The notes under the pieces were generated by a model. That model worked only from the letters and a program-made list of their open reading frames with translations. It did not search any database and was not told the DNA's origin. Made by a program: the position numbers and the translations under genes. Shown piece by piece: positions 1 through 11,759 of a DNA stretch of 64,000 bases (positions within the stretch are counted from its first letter, which is position 1; the number at the start of each line of letters is the position of its first letter). The DNA is from Balanoglossus misakiensis (Eukaryota > Animalia > Hemichordata), in contig CM082580.2 in assembly GCA_040954595.2 (NCBI GenBank), positions 13,256,242 to 13,320,241 of the forward strand, given 5' to 3'.

Positions 1-3000
1 GCAGTGTCAAGCTCCGAGAAGTTGCCCCTCCATCTCAAATGATTCCATGGATTTTTCAGTTGGAAAAGTCTATTCCCCTGCAGAAAAGTGGAAAAACATG
101 TTGTTTTTATCATCAACGCATGTACCCATACTGAATGGAAGCTAAAAACATGTGCAGTTCATCCTGACAACAAAGCAGAGCACACAACAAAATACTAACA
201 TCGATTTCTCGGATATCCAACATAGCATAGGCATGGGTGGGCACCAGTCCAGCACGCTCAGCCTCCAACTCAGACAGCAATCCCGTCGCCATGGTCACCA
301 GTACATCTCCTTTGTGAAACTTGTTGAGTATTTTGTTGAAGACTTGGTCTCTGTTGAACTCTTGTGGATCCACTTTGATGGCCACTCTCTCGGGAATCCA
401 GCCAGTCAGTGCATGCAAGTCAATATTCTGCAGAAGAAGAAATTTAGTTTGTTTTTATTTGAAAACTCTCATCACATTTTTAAATTAAGCAATGACAATT
501 TATATTTCCTGATATTGAGAAAACATTAACTTACAGAATTGGATCCAGGGAAGTCGTATCCTCCCATGACTTTCATGTAGGCCTTTTCAAGCAGGGATAC
601 CCATAATTCATTTTGGTTGTTGGAGAAAGAGCAGAGGAGCTGACCATACTTGTCGACTGGTAAATAATCATCAATAATCACCTGAAAATAATGAAAATTT
701 TGTACATCTAAATTTCATCAAAAGTGGAAAGTTGAAACTGATTCATGTGGCTCTTCATAGCTTTGAAATCAGTCCAGATTTTCAGACCCGGTAACAGATG
801 ATACATGTATTTCTCAGAACCTGTCACAGACATGTCCTGAAATCTGCCTGGGGTTTTCTAGCTGTCTATCAAGTTCATGACAAAAGAATGACTAACTTTT
901 CTCTTGATGCCATTGAGATGCAGGATAACCATGTATTTTCCAATTGGGTTGTACACTGGATTACCTTGTTTGTTTTGTGGATATATAACCCTGAAGAAGA
1001 AAAAATACCTCTTAAAAAATCGATCAAACAAGGATCTTGATTTGCAGAAGGGGTGAAACTGTAATTAAAGGATGTACCACATTCTATGGATTTATTTCTT
1101 ACTTACCTTGTAATAATTTGCTTTCTGAATTTTCTTTCATAAGCTGCACTGATGGCTAACGATGCCACAAATGAACAGTCTGACACCACAGTCTGAAATT
1201 TACAACAGAACCATAATTTAGCTTCTGAAGTACATATGTATGACTAAAGCTGATCTGTCATTCATATTTGTTCACTGACCCTAGAGGAGAGAAATAACCA
1301 ACCTGTTTGATGCTTAAACTGGATATAGCTAAGATCATCTGTGGGTCACTGCAAATCTCATCAGGTCTCACCCATTTGCCAAATTTTTCTCTTTGTTTTG
1401 GTGAAAGCTTAAGTTTTCCATGTGGGTCACTGAAAAACAGGAGAAGATTGTTATGGCTCTAAACATGCAATAAATCACAACAAAATGCTGCCACATTGGG
1501 GACAAATACACTAGACTACACTTTTGTTTCTGGGGACAAACCTACCTGAATGGTATTTTGTACGCAAATTTTTCCTTCAAATCTGCCTGTGATATGAATG
1601 GTACATATTCCCTCAGATTTATCAGCGAAGTGCTCCTGTTATCAAAAGGAAAAAAAAAACAGAATCAGTCTGAGCCCCACCTCAAAAGTCAACAGTTTCC
1701 ATATGCCTATGGCATACGGTGTGACAGACAGGCAGGCAGTCAGAGAAAGACATAGAGGTGTACTTACTTCAATACTGCTATTTCTTCTGCTGTATATCTG
1801 CCACCTCCACCCCCAATACTACCTCCTCCTCCCCCTCCAACACCCCCTCCCCCTCTGCCACCTCTCGCAGGTGACACAGCCCTTGCTGACCCATGATTCT
1901 CTTTCCTGGGAGGTTTTGGACTCAGTCTCTGCCGGCTGTTGGATCTTCCTGCTGAAAGTCGGCTGTCGTCATCATCATCGTCTTCAAGGGGAGGCAAACT
2001 TGTTGGTGGTGTTGGAAGATCTAGAACCGATTCTGTCGCTGATGGAACTGATTTTGTTGAGGATGCAGCTTTTTTCAATACTTCAACTCTGAAAATGGAT
2101 TAAAAGTGCTGTTATTGCAGGTGAAACAAAAAAGTATATCAAAGTATTTTCACTGAAATCTTCAATAACTAAAAGACTTATTTCATCATAGTTCACAGAA
2201 CAACTCAAAACATGGGAATGTGTGTCTCACCAACCTGTCTATTGCTTGTGCTGCAAGTCTCTTTAATCTGGCCTTCAGTGTTGGATCACCGGCAGATTTC
2301 TGCACACACACAAAATAAAACAACAAAGGAAGAAAAATTACAGTACAGACACCAGAATTGCAGAATTACTAGCATTCGTTCCCCATGCATCATTAGGTCA
2401 CAGATCAGAATATAAAATTCACACTTACAGTTTCAAGGCATATTTCTGCAGCTTGCAAGTACAGCTCTGTAGCTTCTTTCAGATTGTTTTGTTTATCTTC
2501 ATTGAAGGCTTGCTCGATGAGAAATTTTGCCCGCTCTGCAGCAATCTGTTCATTGGACTTTACCAGCAAAACTGGATTTTGATTCTGTGGCTGAGACACT
2601 GGTAAGAAATTAAGACTGTCTAGTCAGAACAGTACTAATTACAACAGGATACACCCACTTCAATTCCAAGTTCACTTAAATTTACACACAACTCCATTGA
2701 AATGAAACTGAATGTCAGTTACAGGTAAGACTGGGCTCATACCCATCATGAAGCGAATACTCACATAGTCTTTTCAGTTCATCAACTCTGTGGATGTACT
2801 GGTTGTATTTATCAATCAAACTTTGAGCTGGGTTGATCAGTGAAACATTGTACAGGGCCTGAATAGCCTCCTGTTTGTCATGGTTACACAGAAGAAAAGA
2901 AGAAAACAACATTTAGACATCGTGACGGTGACTCATGTAACATGTGTAATGTACATGTATGCACATGTATGTACATTGCAACAGACAAGTTCATCAAGCG

Positions 3001-3198
3001 GTAATGCGTGCAGTAAGTAGCTAGATACACCTCCTGACTTCTACTTACCGTATAGTAGAATATCGCTGTCTTATAATCTTTAATTTGATCGAGTTGTGTC
3101 GCTTTCGTCGCAAACTGAACCGCATCTCCTATCAAAGCCTCGGCGTCAACAACCGATCTGTCATGTCCATAGCGGTCCGTGTAGTCATCCCAAAACAT
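1..3198 (-). CDS. CAPN7: Calpain-7 (PalB-type; tandem MIT domains + calpain catalytic domain), 5' portion, continues past the left edge
   Basis: Phase-compatible GT-AG exons: 3198-3049, 2870-2765, 2598-2429, 2299-2235, 2088-1768, 1635-1546, 1429-1303, 1192-1107, 990-897, 681-535, 427-200, 77-1. Translation gives MIT1 ([18 protein letters not shown]), MIT2 ([14 protein letters not shown]), [11 protein letters not shown], and the catalytic Cys ([13 protein letters not shown]), His ([12 protein letters not shown]) and Asn (QLKNPWNH), collinear with vertebrate CAPN7 as recalled. Confidence 0.96.
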
Positions 3199-3323
3199 CT
3201 CATTCAATGGCTAGTCTGTTAAAATTACACCCAATAGTATAATTAACTGACAGAATGTTCAAACGTACGAACGGTAGATAAAATACCGCGTCGATAACGA
3301 CGACAGTCACCTCGTCGCGAACC

Positions 3324-3331
3324 CCGGAAGT
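3324..3331. promoter_or_regulatory. ETS-type motif CCGGAAGT in the putative CAPN7 promoter
   Basis: Consensus ETS/GABP site ~130 bp upstream of the CAPN7 ATG in a CpG-rich patch; a YY1-like CAAGATGGCAGC lies at ~3431. Confidence 0.45.
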
Positions 3332-3353
3332 AAATATCGTCACTGCAGTCTAG

Positions 3354-3411
3354 TCGTGTTGGTTTGTTTTTCATTTCTTTACTCGTGTTGGTTTGTTTTT
3401 CATTTCTTTAC
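3354..3411. repeat. Perfect 29-bp tandem duplication (TCGTGTTGGTTTGTTTTTCATTTCTTTAC x2)
   Basis: Read directly at 3354-3382 and 3383-3411. Confidence 0.95.
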
Positions 3412-3897
3412 TTGTAGTGGGGGCACTGTTCAAGATGGCAGCCAGCAAAAACAGAATAACTTTCCCCGATAACTTTCCCAACCTTTCCCCGCAATAAAAG
3501 TGAACGCCTTCTGCAGTATTAGTTTATTCCATTCTTTTATTTTGAATACACTCAATCCTTCAATCGTTGCATCAATGATATTTATCATTTCCCATAATTC
3601 TCAGAGTATCATCAGTGAAAAGGGCGGTGGGTGGTTGCAGAGATATATTGGTATACATCAAAATGGACGGAATCTCGATTTGAATTTCTTCTGAATCTGA
3701 GTGTCACCCGGGAACTGGGGATCATCACCTGCATGAATTCCAATGATTTTATTAAATGTAAACACATCTGTATATCTCCGTCTCCCAGAGGATTCTCTTT
3801 AAAAAGTTAATACCCTCAAGTTTTCTTTCAAATAAACTCTCATACAATATAAAACGCACCATTGCATATAATCACTGTGATCATCTTAATTGTTTAA

Positions 3898-6800
3898 TTA
3901 ATTAAATCTGACTTGAGTCACTGCATCGACGACGACGTCGACCTGGCTGAGAGAGTCCACAGAAGGCGTGATCAGCTTCTGGACCAAGAGGCTATTCCTT
4001 CTGGTAGTGAACCCTCCACCAGGCTGAGGCACCATGAAAGCCGATTCGTAGAGTCCCGAAGGTACAGGTGAAGGCGAGTCAGGCCCGCAGTCATCTTCGA
4101 TGAAGTCGTCTCTCTCAAACCACACACTTGCGCGTTTCCTTCTGGCTGGAGAAGGCGAGGAAACGTAGCCCAAATCCTCATGTTGTCTCTCCAGAGTCGA
4201 TTTTAACTTGTTATCCCGCCTCCTCATTTGGTGACGGATCTGTTTCCTGTCGCTGTACTCCTCCTTCGACATTATTTTTCCAGCCGATATCAAAGTGTCC
4301 TTCACAACACGTTGTTTGTAGTCTTCCCATCGCGCATGTTCGCCGTACGAGTTTACCAGAACTTCTTGGGACGGGAAACTGCATGGATGAACAAAATCGA
4401 AAGAGATAGACGGATTCGATGAATCACGACAAATATTGCCACATGTGAAATTCGGCCGACCAATTTTAGTATTCACTGAAAATCCGTGAACGACAGCAGA
4501 AATTGCAGCCGTTTATACTTGGTGGGTTTGATGAGTCTCGTTGTCGCTTGTCGATTAATAACGCCCAAAAACAAATGCACACTAAAAAGGGTCGACATTC
4601 GCACATAGGCTACACCCTCAAGTGGCCATCTGAAATTACCTTTGTTGTGAAGCTAAGGTTCGGGCGAAACCCAGGGCTTCTGCTGTGGCTAATTTCAGAA
4701 ACAGACTTCTCTTGACCCGTAATAACTTTGTACCATTGCTGACTAGAATTAACCCTTTGTTTTTCGTGGTCGGATTAACAATCTCTTCGAGATTCTAGAA
4801 AGGAAATGGCAGATAAAGCGTTAATTTAGGCTCTGGTGACGACATGTTATCCTTTTTGACATAGGCCTATCCCATCAATTCTTATCCATCGTCGTTAACC
4901 TGGCAACTATATCATACGTTCACGCAAAAGGGACAGATGTCAAATCCGGAGCATCTTGGGGGTTGAGTGGAGTTTCAGCGAAAGGCCAACCCGAAAGGGC
5001 CACGCTGTTCAGGGGTTTGCCGCTTGGTTCGATTGGCTAACTACAATGACACTCGAGTCGAAAACTTACGAATACTTGAGATGGTTTAAGTACTCCGACA
5101 TCAAGATATACCAGGTCTTTCTTGCACATTTTCCTAGCATGCAATTTCATGAATGCACTCAGGGACATATTTGAAGCGAAGTCGTCATACAATCCCAAAG
5201 ACGATGGGCTTAGATTGGTGTTTTCCTTAACTACGACATTTCCACTTTCGTCCAACTCGGCCACCTCTGTCTGTGGTAAAACGGTATCGGTTAATCATTG
5301 CAACAGCACACAAAATAGAGACGACCCATTCCCCAAGACAAGCGACTTAGCGGCCGATACGTATACAGCACCGCTGTGATTATTTGCATTATAAACAAGA
5401 CACCAACTGCTTTAGAAGTAAATCAACTGTGTAAACTGGACTGAAAGCGTTCATCGTTGGCCTTGACGGTCATCTTGGTCTTACGTACCTCACCCTTGGC
5501 ATAAGATCTGTCGGCATAGTCTAACTGCATGGCGGATAACATATTCCTTTTTTGTTCAGCACGAGCTTTCTTGTCATCTGTAGAAATCAATTTCGCACGG
5601 TATGAGTGAAAGCTATTGTACTATTAACGAAAAGCATAATGAAAATCAACCGTGACGTTGGCACATATGGTCATTTTGGCCAACATACATACATATATTA
5701 TGCCGGTGTAGAGCATTGACCTATCATTTCCACTCATTCAGCAAAAACCACAAAAACTCAATCTCACATGCAAAGTCTTCTCTTCTTAATATCCTCTTGC
5801 CAACTGTCTGGTGTGTTAACAGGAGCGCCAGATCCACAATCTCTTCGTCCCTGTCACGTTGGATGTTCTCGCCATCCTTCAAACTTTCGTCCAAAACGAG
5901 ATACTTCAAAATTCGACATTTCCCTTCCATACATATGTACATGGAATCGTCGACGATGGAATCAGATGTCACCACGCGGTTAGTCTTGAACTGAAAACAA
6001 TGAAATCGGTGCCAAACTTGTATAAAACTGGTCAGGTTTTGTCTTCAAGATGGTGAACGATTTATAGTATTGTAATCTATTGAACTCTATTCAATTACAC
6101 TGACGGATTATTACAGTAGAAACTGTTACAAGAAGTAGAAAGATTATTTTCTTAGAAATCCGTACCTCCTGTATCTGGCCTTCTGTGCAGAGATGCTTCA
6201 GCGACTCCTCATTCCAGTATTTACCGAAGAGATGCAAACTTCTAGAAAGGTATAAAGTTAAACCTGTTCAGTGAATTTCCACCAAGACAAAACAAAACTG
6301 TCAACACATACAGTGCAGATACAGAGAAGAGTGGTGATCATGCACTCAAAGTGGGCCGGCCGCACCGGCGCATCACGTGCCAGTTTCAGAGAAGACAAAG
6401 ATACAGAGCATCTAAACAACAAGGACTTCGACTGAAAAGTATTTACCCAATGAACTGAACTTTTGCTTCCAGTTCTAGATCAAAGATCCTCGGACAGATT
6501 TCAGAGAAAGTCACTCTGTCGACTACCAAAAACTCGCACGTTTCGCGGCTGGAAATTGTCGCTGTCCGTTTGATATCACGTAGAAGTGAGAGCTCCTGTG
6601 TGTAAATAAAATTATTAGGATACATTTACTTTCGCGAATAGAACCAGGACTGGTTTCTTGGTACGTCTAGTAACCAAACACAAATAACGTAAACACGTTT
6701 TAGTCTTACACGATGAAAGGCGAATGAAAAAAAACTAACCCCGAATGAATCTCCTCTTCCAAGTACTGCCTCGGTCTTCACGAAAGACTTCTTCGTGGCT

Positions 6801-8788
6801 GGGTTCAGTTCTTCGGTGTTGACGAAGACAGATCCCGAGTAAATGAAGTAGAAACTCTGACCCACGTGACCTTTACGCAAGATAACTCGTTCCGGTTCAA
6901 TTCTGGTAAAAGAGGAAACATGTTTTTAGGATTGTGGGTGTCGTAATGAAATATGCAGTAACTTATAAGTAATACTTGTATTTCAAACATACGTGAATTT
7001 TACTCTGTTATATCGTAAAGTCTAACTTACATTTCACATGTAAACGCTTTGCACATGGCCATTTGGATGGTGTAGGTAAACTTGTCGAAACTTTTCAAGC
7101 CTCTCAGCAGAGCGTGAAGTTGTCGGAGGTCGGCATCAGTGCGCATGTTGATTGGTTTCCTGAGGGTTTCTTTCGCCCATGTGGGAAGACGGGAAAATTC
7201 CTGGAAGTAAATCACCCAGGGTTAATCCGTTTAGTTTCGGAAAGGCAATGCTACATCAATTACCGCCTTCTCATACACTATTTGACCAAACATGATATAT
7301 TTTACCTTGGCTCCTTTCAAGAACTTGGCTCTGTTAAAAGCCATGTCCGCCACCACTTTGCTGTTGTACAAGGTATGGTAATTCTTCTCCGCTGCCGTGT
7401 GGGTAGTTTTCTCCAACGAAAGTGTCTTCATTCGCTCCACGATTTTACAAAGCAGTAGAACAAGCCTTATGATTCGTCGAAATTTTAGTCGCGTCTGTTG
7501 AGAATAACACGAAAGTTACTCTAAGAAAATAGGCGATTCGTCTGATCTGTCAACTGAAAAATTTGTTTCCGCACAATTTAACTTGAAATGGTTTTGGGAT
7601 AACTATGCTTTTACAGAATGTCGTCCCGGAGATCATTGTCGGAGAGGTAATTGGTTGATAGATTGTGGATTGGACGGGGAGTTGTTGAATTCTCCGGTGG
7701 CGTTTAATTGCCACCATCGTCTCCGTGGTTTTGACACTCTCCGATAGATAATTGCTCCGATAAAGTGAAATTATCGATTGAAAAGTAGGGTTAGTCGTCG
7801 CTGTCGCAACTTCTTAAAATAACCCGACATATAAATGGACACGATTCATGCGTGTGGGATTGTTTCTGACTGTGTCGCGGAAGCAAAGTATTTAATATTC
7901 AGCGTGAAAAATATTAAATTAGTCAGTTTGTGTCAAGGTAGTAATTAGAACAAAAAATTTCACCACTGGGTAGCTTGCTCATCAAGTTTAGTTAGAAAAG
8001 TTTCAAAGCTAATTAAACATTTCCGTTTATGCTGGTGACGGTCACGGTGGCCGGGAAAACTATGGGAGATGAATCAAGACAACACTCACGAATACCTCTG
8101 CCTTCTGTTGCGCAATGAGTTCCAAATCTTCTTCAGCTCTTCGTTTCTCACGCAGCCATTTTACCAGATTTTCCGATGACATGTTGGAAGATCGGTGTTT
8201 CTTCAACATTTCTCGCCGTTGCTGTTCGGTCATCCTGTTCAGTCTCCGCGTTCTGGATTCCGCTCGCACTTTGGCCAGGATTTCCCGGATGAAGACAGTC
8301 TTGTGGCTCTGCCATGATGACCTGGACTCGTCTGAATCGGTGCTGTCGGCTCTCATCGGAGTTGGCGTTGCAATTTCTTGGTTTTCATCCAGAGCTGAAG
8401 TGACCGCTCTGTAGACGCGATCGCTAGTTTGACTCTGTCTCCCGCTCGCCTTGTGGGGCGGACACGAATCGGGACGGAATTTGGACATGGCCGTTGATGC
8501 TGCCGAGGAACCGCTCCGATTACTTCTCTGATTATGTGATTTGACCGACGACGGTTCTGACCATCGCTTGTTTACCGCGAGGGCACCAAGATGGCCCTTG
8601 CTATTCGCCATGTCTTTGTTGTCATTACCGACCGAGGGTGATAAACTCGAACCACGGTTGGTCGTCTGTGATGTCTTGGGAACTGGCCGCAGATACACCT
8701 TGCTGGTGCTTGCAGTTTTCCGAAACCGCGTCCTTCCGCAAGAATTTTCCTTTGTCATCGGTGTCATTTCTACCAATGACATGATCAT
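3898..8788 (-). CDS. Cyclic nucleotide-binding domain-containing protein (CNBD2-like)
   Basis: Exons 8788-8096, 7494-7306, 7200-7031, 6902-6740, 6595-6447, 6241-6166, 5990-5768, 5577-5489, 5270-5070, 4794-4640, 4378-3898 splice in phase. CNB domain: RVILRKGHVGQSFYFIYSGSVFV...LGRGDSFGELSLLRDIKRTATISSRETCEFLVVD. A degenerate second CNB (MYICMEGKCRILK...LILVSNG) and FPSQE..WEDYK follow, as in the CNBD1/2 family. The exact start ATG is uncertain. Confidence 0.85.
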
Positions 8789-11742
8789 GTCACACACACA
8801 CACCCAAAGCACTCGTCCTTTACATGTAAGTCACTTTCTGGCATCTTCTCAACGATCCAAAAAAATCACGACCAAGTGGACCTCAGCTCGTTAAAAACCA
8901 ATTGTCCGTCGCTACAATTTGTGAAAAACAACGACCGATCAACGTTAACGACTCAATAATGCTGTCAGACGACAACAATGCCAAACTTTTACCACCATAA
9001 TTTGCGCAAGACGGGAGACAAAGAATTTACAGCACAACCGTTAAGGATGACGTAATCATACACTATGGGAATGTTGCGGACTGGAAAAAAATACTGTCAA
9101 AGATAAAAGGTTTGAAACACCCAGAAGATGTTTTATGTTCCGATCTTGGACTATCGCAATGGGCGCATGCGCTATTTTATGGCTGTCACTGTGGTTACCC
9201 AGACGCAAATAAAATACAAGTTACCAGAATAAGAGTTACAATATAGAAACTGAAATTCTACTCATGCTTGTTATATTCGTTTTCATTATTGAAATGCTAA
9301 GAATAACTCTTTCCTGAAACTTGTAAAAAATATTACAGCAGAAAAAATAAAGTTGACTAACATGGTTAACATACTTTTGTAAATAAGAACTGTTTGATAC
9401 TTTTGACACTCTTGCATTCTTGCACATCACAAAAATAAAATTCGTATTGTCCCAACATCATGATCTCTGTCCTTCCAACAATCCGAATCACGCCGTAATA
9501 ATAAAGATTGGCGGGCACAAAATATCAGAAATGGAATGATTTATAGAGAATTTAAATTGTCCTCGAATAAAACGTGATTTCTGTTATTACTTTATGAGCG
9601 AAAAAAAAACATTATATTGCGGCCCAATTTAATCGATACCTTACTTTAGAAAAGTTATTGCTATTAAATTTCGTTACAATAGGGTACGTTAACGGAAGTT
9701 TGCAACTGGTGGGACAATGGCAGTGAAGTAAACAGAGGTTTCGAGCGTATCGACCATTTACCATTTTATGACTGGAAGTCACGTGATTCCTAAGTGTGGC
9801 GTGGAGCACGTAACCTAATTTCTACAGCAGTGTTTCAACGAGCGGTTGTGACTCCCTTATTAAGGATATCCTCTGCGCGATTGATAAATTAAACAATGAT
9901 TATCCAAATGTCTCTTGATTTATTTACAGTGGCATCTGGAAAACCAGCTGCGCTTTACAATTTGTACTATTCAGACTACATGCCTATATGCCGATTTTTG
10001 CCTTGCCAGGAGAATATTTTTTGTACGCGCTAAAATTCCTGTATATACGAAAACGATAATATTTGTTGGATTAAGATTAAGTGAGTATTTCAAACCAAGA
10101 TATATTTTAGGTGGATGGGCGGGGTACTTCGCTCGCGGGAGTTTTCTTGGTAACATGACTAATTTATTTGATATTTGTCAGACATGCATCTGGTCAGTAG
10201 ATAAAATAGTTCTTACCGGAACCTCCCGTGGTTAACGGAACGGAATTTACAAATACAGGTACTGAATGACGAGTAACTTTGACACGGTTTTATCAGGAGC
10301 CCGGCGACCGCAACATCTGATGGAGTGTGAAAGACGAATATTGAACACGTCAAAGTTTCATTTCTTTGCATCGTTGTAGAGAGTCAGCCATGCCTTCACT
10401 TCAACCGTTGGAATATGGAAACGCGCCGGACAAGTGTACTCGCATTAGCACTTCCGCTGCTGCCATGACGACGCGTCTATCTAGGGGCCCAGTGAAAGAA
10501 ACCTTTACATGTGGTGCCTCTTGTGGGACTATGCAGACGAGGTAGAATACTTGATATTTACATTTCAAACGCAAATATGCCATCTATTTCGTTGAAATTT
10601 AGACGGAAAAATAAATACGAGTAATAATGAATAAATATTTAGTCTTGATGATAATCGATACATTACAAGTCAGCTTTCTTGGTATATTGCCACACCGTGA
10701 CAATATGGTAGAACAAATTTAAAAGCATCTTGTGTAACTGTACAGTGCGCGACATACAATGCAGTCTCTGTTCTCTGTACGAAGTGTTTTGACAGATTCC
10801 TCTAAGTGAAATATTATAAGGAAATGACAGAAACAATCTGGAAGAGCTGATCACTCAAGGGACCCGTGAGGAGAATTAGCTTTTGAAAAATTATTCGAGT
10901 TCTTTCAACAGTTAATAATATTATTACCACGACTCTACCGAGTAATGCAGTGTACTTATGAACGTAATTCATGGATTGCGACGTTTCCCGTCAAATTGAA
11001 ATAATTGACGAGATAATGACGTCACCAGAGCTGACATCGCATTCGTGTATATCCTCTCTGAAAAAATAGCGATATAGCTCTCTTACGGGTCCCACAATGC
11101 AATGCGCGCTACCATAGCTTATCCCGCAGGAGACAATCTCAAGTCTTCTTTCGGAATCCTTAGTCCCCTGATAAGCATTTACCACACATATTGGAGGAAT
11201 TTCGTTTTTGAAGTGGAGTAGCTTTAGTAGCCGATATGTTACGTACTTATCTATCGCAAACACGTCCCGACAAGGTATTTAGTCCACGTCCAAGCTTTTG
11301 TAAATGTCCTCTTCGAAGAATTAGGGCTATTCAGGCGAACGAGGCTCTTGATAGAAGTCATCGATATAACGAGAGTTGTCCGTGCTCTTCAAGGGAATGA
11401 AGATCGTTTTGTTCGGCAATTACTTTCTACTTCTAGTTGAAGTGTGGTAATCACTTGAGAATGCGACAGGTATATTACGGACTACTGAAGTTAATTCTAC
11501 AATTGGGACTGAGATATGGGTCGATTTATTTGTATGTTCTGTTTTTAACAAAAAGAAGTAGGCCTACGTACAATGCGCTTCTGCGGCTGATAAGAGCCAG
11601 CGTGCGCGTCTCATGTGTATCAGGCACTATAAACAGTACAAAAAATAGACCCATACTTCTACATTAATTTAAAGAAGCTTCTCGTCAGCTCACGTGCACG
11701 TGACACACGTGCCGCATGACTCGTATCCCATAAAGAGAATGA

Positions 11743-11759
11743 CCAGCGCCATCTAGCGT
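11743..11759 (-). promoter_or_regulatory. Candidate CTCF site
   Basis: CAGCGCCATCTAGCG; reverse complement CGCTAGATGGCGCTG fits the CTCF core. Motif match only. Confidence 0.4.

Noticed and set aside
5790-5802. GC donor (G|GCAAGA) in the CNBD gene
   Set aside because: A canonical same-phase GTGAGA donor exists at 5767.
10250-11440. Possible decayed gene or transposon ORFs (10401..10583, 10991..11263)
   Set aside because: Stops in every frame and no domain I can recognise; BLASTX would be needed.
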